NCBI GenBank assembly: GCA_902628335.1 | Contig: CACOMO010000003.1 | Span: 20,792 to 84,791, forward strand | Length of the DNA: 64,000 bases | Direction of reading: 5' to 3' | Origin: an uncultured Gammaproteobacteria bacterium | Lineage (GTDB): Bacteria > Pseudomonadota > Gammaproteobacteria > GCA-002705445 > GCA-002716945 | Part shown: positions 45,135 through 51,291 of the stretch, piece by piece | Layout of the letters: each line of letters starts with the position of its first letter | Position numbering within the stretch: position 1 is the first letter of the stretch | The notes under the pieces: generated by a model | The model's database searches: none | Seen by the model: the letters and a program-made list of their open reading frames with translations, nothing else | Told to the model about the DNA's origin: nothing | Program-made: the position numbers and the translations under genes

Positions 45135-46109
45135 GGATTTATAGTCTGAGTCCTCCTCAAACTTTGCACCATAAACTTTAATTATTTCCGAAGCACAATT
45201 ATTCGCAAATATGAGGGATTTTTTTATATCTGCATAAGTAACGAAGTAATGCATAAAAGCTCCAAGAAACATGTCGCCTGCACCAGTAAAATCTATTGAG
45301 TGAACTTTATTACCCTTAACTCTGTGATAATTATCATCGTCACTATATATAGCCCCTTTATCACCAAGCGTAACGATTACTCTTTTTGAGAAATTCTTTA
45401 GATAATCTAGAGATTTATCAAGTTCATTGATTTCTGAAAAATTATACGCCTCTTGCTCGTTACAAAAGATGAACTCAATTTTCTTTTGAAGCAATGACAG
45501 AATGTTGCTCTTAAAATATTGAACAATGTTCGGATCAGATAATGTAATTACTATTTTTGTATTAGTTTCATGTGAAATATCAACAGCGTTATTGCATACG
45601 GACAGTGTTCTATCATTACTTACCAAGTAACCCTCAATTAAGAGATATTTTGAACTAGCAATTAGATCTCTAGATATATCATTTTGTTCCAACATACTCG
45701 ACGATCCAAGATATGTATTCATTGTTCTCTCATTATCTGGTGTAATTAGAACTAGACATTCTCCGCTACTCCCAGAATCAATCTTTTGTACATCAGATTG
45801 AATTCCAGAATCTTCAATACTTTTGATAAATTTATTTCCTGAGTCATCATTTGATACTTTGCCAGAAAAGCAAACATTATTGCCAAATTTGGCCATGGCA
45901 TAAATTGAATTTGCGACAGAACCGCCAGGCATGATCTTTTTAGATTTAATTTTATTTTTTAGCGAATTATGGATTGATACATGCTGATCAAATTCATTCA
46001 ACAACATTGTCCCTTTTTGGAGTTTTAAATCCTCGAGTAAACTCTCATCTACTAGGTATTCATAATCTAGCAGTGCATTTCCGATTCCGTATGCTACTAA
46101 TTTTTTCAT
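45120..46109 (-). CDS. PfkB-family sugar/nucleoside kinase (adenosine-kinase-like)
   Basis: GIGNALLDYEY N-terminus, GGSVANS, and the C-terminal anion-hole motif DFTGAGDMFLGAF. Confidence 0.8.
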   Translation of the reverse strand: MKKLVAYGIGNALLDYEYLVDESLLEDLKLQKGTMLLNEFDQHVSIHNSLKNKIKSKKIMPGGSVANSIYAMAKFGNNVCFSGKVSNDDSGNKFIKSIEDSGIQSDVQKIDSGSSGECLVLITPDNERTMNTYLGSSSMLEQNDISRDLIASSKYLLIEGYLVSNDRTLSVCNNAVDISHETNTKIVITLSDPNIVQYFKSNILSLLQKKIEFIFCNEQEAYNFSEINELDKSLDYLKNFSKRVIVTLGDKGAIYSDDDNYHRVKGNKVHSIDFTGAGDMFLGAFMHYFVTYADIKKSLIFANNCASEIIKVYGAKFEEDSDYKSLISR

Positions 46110-46238
46110 AAATAATATAATATCATCTATATATGGCTTGTTGAAAGAAAACTAGATGTTATCATGAATATATAACTTACATAATAAGAGTTATATTTGA
46201 ACATTGACTTTAAATGATGATTGTTACAAGGAGTTAAC

Positions 46239-47435
46239 ATGAAAATACTTTGCATATTATATGATGATCCAAAAGATGGGATGCCAAAATCATATCCATT
46301 AAATGAGCTACCTAGGATAGAGAAATATCCGGATGGCATGACATTACCGTCCCCAAAAGGTAGGGACTTCAATCCAGGAGAACTTTTAGGCTGTGTATCT
46401 GGAGAGCTGGGATTAAGGAAATTTCTAGAACAGAATGGTCATGAATTTTTTGTTACTTCAGATAAAGATGGCGAAGGTTGTGAGGCAGACAAGCATCTTG
46501 TTGATGCAGATATTGTTATATCTCAACCATTTTTTCCATATTATCTTACAAAAGACAGGATAGAGAGAGCGTCTAAACTTAAACTAGCTATCACAGCAGG
46601 CATCGGCTCTGATCATGTTGACTTGCAAGCTGCTATGGATAATAACATTGATGTAGTTGAGGTCACGTACTGTAATTCACGCTCAGTGGCTGAACATATT
46701 GTCATGATGATTTTGTCAATGGTCAGAGATTATCACACACAACATAGCATTGTGAAAGCTGGAGGCTGGAATATCGCAGATGCGGTAAAAAGGAGTTATG
46801 ACGTGGAGGGTATGCATATTGGCACTGTTGCAGCAGGGAGAATTGGTTTAGATGCTTTGAGAAAACTCAAGCCATTTGACGTCCATCTCCATTATTTTGA
46901 CAGACATAAACTACCGGATTCTATTGAGAAAGAGTTAAATCTAACATTTCATGAGTCAGTTGAGTCTATGGTCGAGATCTGTGATGTGGTGACTATTAAC
47001 TGTCCACTTCATCCTGAGACTGAAAATCTTTTTGATAAAGAACTTATTAGCAAGATGAAAAGAGGGGCATATATTATAAATACTGCTAGAGGGAAGATAT
47101 GTAACAGAGAAGCTATTGCGGAAGCACTATCTATCGGACAACTATCTGGTTATGCGGGTGATGTCTGGTTTCCTCAGCCTGCACCTAATGATCATGTCTG
47201 GAGAAGTATGCCTCATCAAGGTATGACGCCACATACATCGGGGACCTCACTATCTGCCCAAACTAGATATGCTGATGGAGTTAGAGAAATTTTAGAGTGT
47301 TTTTTTGATGGTAAACCTATTAGGGATGAATATCTTATTGTATCAGATGGTAATTTAGCTGGAACAGGTGCACATAGTTATAGTAAAGGTTCTGCAACCA
47401 AGGGTTCTGAAGAGGCTGCTGATTTTAAAAAATAA
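46239..47435 (+). CDS. fdh: NAD-dependent formate dehydrogenase
   Basis: Near end-to-end similarity to soluble NAD+-FDH: MKILCILYDDP.DG.PK.Y, VISQPF.P.YLT, TAGIGSDHVDL, GTVAAGRIGL, GYAGDVWFPQPAP, C-terminal GTGAHSYSKG.AT.GSEEAA.FKK. The start at the ATG is preceded by AAGGAG. Confidence 0.95.
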   Translation: MKILCILYDDPKDGMPKSYPLNELPRIEKYPDGMTLPSPKGRDFNPGELLGCVSGELGLRKFLEQNGHEFFVTSDKDGEGCEADKHLVDADIVISQPFFPYYLTKDRIERASKLKLAITAGIGSDHVDLQAAMDNNIDVVEVTYCNSRSVAEHIVMMILSMVRDYHTQHSIVKAGGWNIADAVKRSYDVEGMHIGTVAAGRIGLDALRKLKPFDVHLHYFDRHKLPDSIEKELNLTFHESVESMVEICDVVTINCPLHPETENLFDKELISKMKRGAYIINTARGKICNREAIAEALSIGQLSGYAGDVWFPQPAPNDHVWRSMPHQGMTPHTSGTSLSAQTRYADGVREILECFFDGKPIRDEYLIVSDGNLAGTGAHSYSKGSATKGSEEAADFKK

Positions 47436-47458
47436 AAAATTGATTCTTTAAAAAAAGT

Positions 47459-48496
47459 TTAACTCAAATAATTTGATGTTTGCATTTCAGACAATCTGCT
47501 TTTGCATCTATCCCAAAGGATTTTGAGTTTTTCACCAGTATACAAATTCTTATATGAGCAACTTCCAAAAAAAAACTTAATTCTAGTTCTATCTCTGTAG
47601 CAGACATCTATAAAAGATATAAATCTTCTGATGATATCAGCGGATTCATCATCACAGACTCTAAAATCATTCAAAAATATCCATTCCATTTTTTTCGATA
47701 ACTCAATATAGTCGTCTGAACCATTAGGTTCAGAGAAAAAGATATTAAAAGATAACCAGATAAAGTCTTTTGAATAAGCTTTACAACTAAACTCTCTCGA
47801 GTTGATTTGAAATTTATTTTTATCATAATCCTTATTAAAAAAATTCTTTTCGATGACAATTTTTATTTCTTCATCTGTATAAACCTGGTTAAGTTTATCT
47901 TTATCTTCATTCACGATATTTCTTGCTCTATAATCAATCTCCCCATTTAATTCGTAAATATTGAAAGATTTAATTATAAGAGACATATCATCTATAAATT
48001 TTTTTCTTTGCAGACCATTTTTATAAAGATCATTCGGATGTACATTTGATGTCAAATAGAGAATAACACCTAAACGATTTAGATTGTCCAATAATTTTCC
48101 TACAATCATTGCGTCAGCTACATCTTCGACTTGAAATTCATCAATAAAAATTATTTCATATCTTTTATTTAATGATTGAGCTACTTTTTCTATTGGATTT
48201 TTTTTACCCGATAACGAGTATAACTGACTTTGAATGTCTTGCATAAAATCAATATAATGAAATATAGCCTTCTTACTCTGAATTGAATCTAGAAAAGATT
48301 TTGTCATTATAGTTTTACCTCTACCAACATCACCCCATATATAGAAATTTTTTTTATTTACTCTATTGTTCTTAAGTACATTAATCGAGGATTTATTTAT
48401 CGATAAACTATCTATCATTTCTTCTAATAGATCTGATTGAACTTGATTTACTTTAATCCCCTGATTTTTTAAATTATTTAATATTTTTTTAATCAT
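47459..48496 (-). CDS. zapE: AFG1-family ATPase ZapE
   Basis: Walker A YIWGDVGRGKT, Walker B IIFIDEFQVEDV, and the AFG1-type C-terminal region. The ATG at 48496 is preferred over the TTG at 48508. Confidence 0.85.
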   Translation of the reverse strand: MIKKILNNLKNQGIKVNQVQSDLLEEMIDSLSINKSSINVLKNNRVNKKNFYIWGDVGRGKTIMTKSFLDSIQSKKAIFHYIDFMQDIQSQLYSLSGKKNPIEKVAQSLNKRYEIIFIDEFQVEDVADAMIVGKLLDNLNRLGVILYLTSNVHPNDLYKNGLQRKKFIDDMSLIIKSFNIYELNGEIDYRARNIVNEDKDKLNQVYTDEEIKIVIEKNFFNKDYDKNKFQINSREFSCKAYSKDFIWLSFNIFFSEPNGSDDYIELSKKMEWIFLNDFRVCDDESADIIRRFISFIDVCYRDRTRIKFFFGSCSYKNLYTGEKLKILWDRCKSRLSEMQTSNYLS

Positions 48497-48509
48497 TTTG
48501 ATTCCCAAT

Positions 48510-48561
48510 TACCACTGATCGGACTCGAACCGATACTCTCTTGCGAGAAAGGGATTTTGAG
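48510..48561 (-). pseudogene. Detached 3' half of tRNA-Leu(CAA): anticodon loop to discriminator
   Basis: The minus strand reads CTCAAAA TCCCT TTCTCGCAAGAGAGT ATCGG TTCGAGT CCGAT CAGTGGT A. There is no matching D arm or acceptor 5' strand adjacent. The complementary 5' half is at 50989-51027. Confidence 0.85.
48554..48561. repeat. Left copy of the 8-bp direct repeat ATTTTGAG (island junction)
   Basis: An identical 8-mer occurs at 50988-50995. On the tRNA strand it is CTCAAAAT, i.e. the anticodon loop plus one base. Confidence 0.65.
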
Positions 48562-48596
48562 AACATCGTTCCTATGAACCCCACATTTTCGATATT

Positions 48597-48626
48597 TTAA
48601 CATTCATTTGTACTTTGTGTTATAAT
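48597..48626 (+). promoter_or_regulatory. Candidate sigma70 promoter of the island operon
   Basis: TTAACA (48597-48602), an 18-nt spacer, then TGtTATAAT with an extended -10 (TATAAT at 48621-48626). Lies 55 nt upstream of the ORF at 48682. Confidence 0.4.
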
Positions 48627-48628
48627 AA

Positions 48629-48660
48629 AAGTGTAAGTTTTCGTTTAGAAAATCACACTT
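48629..48660. promoter_or_regulatory. Imperfect palindrome (candidate operator) between promoter and first island ORF
   Basis: AAGTGTAAGTTTTC gttta GAAAATCACACTT. The arms match except for one mismatch and one indel. It starts 3 nt after the -10 element. Confidence 0.4.
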
Positions 48661-48681
48661 AACTAACTACAGGAGTAATCT

Positions 48682-48900
48682 ATGTCAGAATGTTTAGTGA
48701 TACCACCAACTGTAATCAATAATACTATTGTCGCCTTATCAAAAGACAAAATGTGCACTGTTTTCTGGAGTGAGAAATCTAAATCATTTGAATCTGCTGA
48801 GGGTATCTATACAGTTGCTGAAGTTGCAGATGCTACGCCTGCGTCAGAAAATATCATAAAGTCAAAAGGCGTACTATTCAATTTAGCAAATAATTCGTAA
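48682..48900 (+). CDS. Hypothetical 72-aa protein, first gene of the island operon
   Basis: Strong RBS (ACAGGAG, 7 nt, ATG). Same strand as the methyltransferase and 17 nt upstream of it. No HTH or other family recognisable. Confidence 0.5.
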   Translation: MSECLVIPPTVINNTIVALSKDKMCTVFWSEKSKSFESAEGIYTVAEVADATPASENIIKSKGVLFNLANNS

Positions 48901-48917
48901 AGTCAGAGAAACTATAA

Positions 48918-49904
48918 ATGTACAAAGTGGGTGGATTATTTTCTGGAGTCGGCGGTATCGAACTTGGGTTTAAAAACCAAGGATTCGATATACGTTGGGC
49001 AAATGATAACGACATTCACTGTTCTAAAACCTATAAGATAAACCATAAACATAAATACATTCTAAAAGATATTCATAAATTAAGTGCCTCAGAACTAGAA
49101 CCTGTTGATGTAATGACTGGAGGTTTCCCATGCCAAGCATTCTCTGTTGCTGGTTATCGAAAAGGATTAAAAGATGAGAGAGGCAATCTCTTTTTTGAAA
49201 TTCTAAGACTGATAGATGAATTTAATAATCCACCCAAAGTACTACTCCTTGAAAATGTAAAAAACTTTTCTACTCATGATAAAGGTAGAACTCTCAAAAT
49301 TTTAAGAGAAGAATTAGAAAATCGTGATTACTGTGTATTTAATCATGTGCTCAATACTGCAGACTACACATCGATTCCTCAAAATAGAGAAAGAACATTT
49401 ATTATTTGTTTTCGTGAGGGTAGGGATGCTTATTTAGATTCAACACAACCTATGACAACTAAGTTTAGAATGTCCTTTCCCCCAAGGAAGAATAACAACA
49501 AAACTGATTTTAAAACGTTACTAGAGAAAAATGTTGATGAGAAATATTACTATCGCGATGATAAGTATATGTATAAAGACTTAATAAATGATATGAAATC
49601 TAAAGATACTTTTTATCAGTGGAGAAGACAGTATGTTCGTGAAAACAAAAGTCAATTATGCCCAACGTTAACTGCCAATATGGGAACAGGAGGTCATAAT
49701 GTTCCATTAATTCTTACAGATAAAGGGATACGTAAACTTACACCAAAAGAGTGTTTTTTGTTACAAGGATTTCCAAAGAGTTTTAAACTTCCAAAAGAGT
49801 CACCAAATGGTCAATTATATAAACAATCTGGTAACTCAGTAACAGTTAAACTAATTGAGGTACTAGCAAAAATCATAAAATCATGCTTAGATAAAAAAGT
49901 GTAA
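48918..49904 (+). CDS. DNA (cytosine-5)-methyltransferase (type II)
   Basis: A full C5-MTase motif set in order: I LFSGVGGIELGF, IV GGFPCQAFSVAG, VI LLENVKNF, VIII QNRERTFI, IX RKLTPKECFLLQGFP, X QSGNSVTV. The variable TRD lies between VIII and IX. Confidence 0.93.
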   Translation: MYKVGGLFSGVGGIELGFKNQGFDIRWANDNDIHCSKTYKINHKHKYILKDIHKLSASELEPVDVMTGGFPCQAFSVAGYRKGLKDERGNLFFEILRLIDEFNNPPKVLLLENVKNFSTHDKGRTLKILREELENRDYCVFNHVLNTADYTSIPQNRERTFIICFREGRDAYLDSTQPMTTKFRMSFPPRKNNNKTDFKTLLEKNVDEKYYYRDDKYMYKDLINDMKSKDTFYQWRRQYVRENKSQLCPTLTANMGTGGHNVPLILTDKGIRKLTPKECFLLQGFPKSFKLPKESPNGQLYKQSGNSVTVKLIEVLAKIIKSCLDKKV

Positions 49905-49921
49905 TTTTTTTAAGAGATTTT

Positions 49922-50734
49922 ATGATTATAAGTCGTCTTACCCTTCCAGAACTTACTCAAATATTTAATAAAGATGCTCAAAGCGTAATAAGTTATTTTA
50001 TTTTTAAAGCAGTAATATCACAACCCGAATTGATAAAAGGGCAAGTTACGAATCCTATACAGATTCCGAAAGAGCACATTGAACAATGGGGTGTTCAAGC
50101 GCTTGGTTTAAATTCTATAGGAGCAGGGAGTTATCCAATAGACCTAATAGAGAAAAATCAAAAATATGGTGCGGATATTAAAATGTTATCTTGGGGTGGA
50201 TCGAAAAAACAATCAGGAGAGACATCATTAGGTCAAAAATTTGTTGATAGTAATTTAGATAAACTATTTTTAGAAAAACGTTACGACGATATAGTCAGAT
50301 CATGGGTTAAAATTCTCGATGACAAATTTAATATGCTCTTTAAAAATCATCCTAACCTTACAAATATTTATTATTTTATATTTATTCGTGATGGAAAAAA
50401 GTTTCATATTTGTGGCATGAAGGTTGATACTTCTAGTTTTTCTTCGATGATAACTGGTAAGACTTCAAGAGACTCGGTATGGGTCAATAATTTTATTGAC
50501 AGTAAATATGGACAAATAAAGATATATAAAGCAAAAAAAAGAATGGAGTTAAGACTTCTACCTCATCAGTGGATTGAAGATAATTTAGTGATAACATTCG
50601 ATATTAAAGATTATAATATATCATCAAGAGATATTATTAATTTAACTGTTTCTGAAAGATATAAATCTTATAAAGATGACTTTATAAAACTATTCAATGC
50701 ATACTGTAATTATACTGAAGATGAAAATAAATGA
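49922..50734 (+). CDS. Putative type II restriction endonuclease (cognate of the adjacent methyltransferase)
   Basis: Lies 17 nt downstream of the MTase on the same strand. No family recognised. A candidate PD-(D/E)xK-like arrangement is YPID(74)...GAD(85)IK(87). The assignment rests on context. Confidence 0.5.
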   Translation: MIISRLTLPELTQIFNKDAQSVISYFIFKAVISQPELIKGQVTNPIQIPKEHIEQWGVQALGLNSIGAGSYPIDLIEKNQKYGADIKMLSWGGSKKQSGETSLGQKFVDSNLDKLFLEKRYDDIVRSWVKILDDKFNMLFKNHPNLTNIYYFIFIRDGKKFHICGMKVDTSSFSSMITGKTSRDSVWVNNFIDSKYGQIKIYKAKKRMELRLLPHQWIEDNLVITFDIKDYNISSRDIINLTVSERYKSYKDDFIKLFNAYCNYTEDENK

Positions 50735-50781
50735 AAGGATATTAAAATCAATATAATGAAGAAGAAAAATCTTTTCTAAAA

Positions 50782-50861
50782 TAGCGTGGGAGGGACTCGA
50801 ACCCTCAACCCGAAGGAGCAGGTTTTGAATCTGCCGTGTATACCAATTCCACCACCACGCC
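50782..50861 (-). tRNA. tRNA-Leu (anticodon CAA), intact, carried inside the insertion
   Basis: Hand-folded 80-nt class II cloverleaf: GGCGTGG TG GTG GAATTGGTATA CAC G GCAGA TTCAAAA CCTGC TCCTTCGGGTT GAGGG TTCGAGT CCCTC CCACGCT A. There is one A31-C39 mismatch and a G1-U72 pair. Confidence 0.85.
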
Positions 50862-50987
50862 ATTAATTTAATACTATCAAAATACAAACATTTACAACAG
50901 GCGTTTGTCATTACGAATGTTTGTCAAATGATTGTGATAATACTCTCGAAACTTTAATAAAACAAAGGGATATTAAATTACTTATTT

Positions 50988-50995
50988 ATTTTGAG
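50988..50995. repeat. Right copy of the 8-bp direct repeat ATTTTGAG (island junction)
   Basis: Identical to 48554-48561. It overlaps the anticodon loop of the orphan 5' tRNA half. Confidence 0.65.
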
Positions 50996-51027
50996 TCCCT
51001 CGTGTCTACCAATTTCACCACAGTGGC
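50989..51027 (-). pseudogene. Detached 5' half of tRNA-Leu(CAA): acceptor 5' strand to anticodon loop
   Basis: The minus strand reads GCCACTG TG GTG AAATTGGTAGA CAC G AGGGA CTCAAAA and is then followed by AT-rich non-tRNA sequence. It is complementary to the 3' half at 48510-48561. Confidence 0.85.
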
Positions 51028-51036
51028 ATACAAAAT

Positions 51037-51065
51037 ATTGTAACAAATAACTCATCGTCATGAAA
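51037..51065 (-). promoter_or_regulatory. Candidate native promoter of the split tRNA-Leu gene
   Basis: The minus strand reads TTTCAT, a 17-nt spacer, then TGTTACAAT (extended -10), ending 9 nt before the tRNA 5' end. Such matches are common in AT-rich DNA. Confidence 0.3.
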
Positions 51066-51087
51066 TCTATGATATATTTACTTATGT

Positions 51088-51291
51088 ATGAACGAATTTA
51101 ATACATACTGGATAATAAGTGGTCTTATAATATTTTTGCTTATCGTTTACATCATTAAGCAGATAAGGTTGGAAAAAGAAATTGCCCTCAAAGACACTAC
51201 CCTCGAGAGTCTCGAGGAGAAGCTTAAAAAGCACAAACTAGTTGGCGGTCGACACAAGAGAACCAACAAGAAAAATCCACCAATAGTCTAA
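51088..51291 (+). CDS. Hypothetical small membrane protein (N-terminal TM, charged helix, basic tail)
   Basis: 67-aa ORF: YWIISGLIIFLLIVYII, then LEKEIALKDTTLESLEEKLKKHK. No family recognised. Contains a GC-rich palindrome. Confidence 0.4.
   Translation: MNEFNTYWIISGLIIFLLIVYIIKQIRLEKEIALKDTTLESLEEKLKKHKLVGGRHKRTNKKNPPIV

Larger units (their letters stand above)
48554..50995. mobile_element. Integrase-less genomic islet inserted in the anticodon loop of tRNA-Leu(CAA)
   Basis: Bounded by 8-bp direct repeats and by the two complementary halves of one tRNA gene. Cargo is orf72, a C5-MTase, a putative REase and an intact tRNA-Leu(CAA). No recombinase gene is inside. Confidence 0.7.

Noticed and set aside
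50763-50777. Small AGAAAA-atc-TTTTCT hairpin between the endonuclease gene and the imported tRNA, as a bidirectional terminator
   Set aside because: The stem is six A-T-rich base pairs with a 3-nt loop and negligible stability. It is indistinguishable from chance in this composition.
50690-50911. 73-aa minus-strand ORF in the supplied track
   Set aside because: It runs straight through the intact tRNA-Leu(CAA) gene (50782-50861). Its WWWNWYT segment is simply the translated D arm and acceptor, so it is a spurious ORF.
48562-50987. Idea that the interruption of tRNA-Leu is a group I intron or a naturally split tRNA
   Set aside because: Bacterial tRNA-Leu group I introns are a few hundred nt, sit in UAA-anticodon genes and leave no target duplication. 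This 2.4-kb segment encodes three opposite-strand proteins plus another tRNA and is flanked by an 8-bp direct repeat, which points to an insertion. Trans-spliced split tRNAs are known only in a few archaea.
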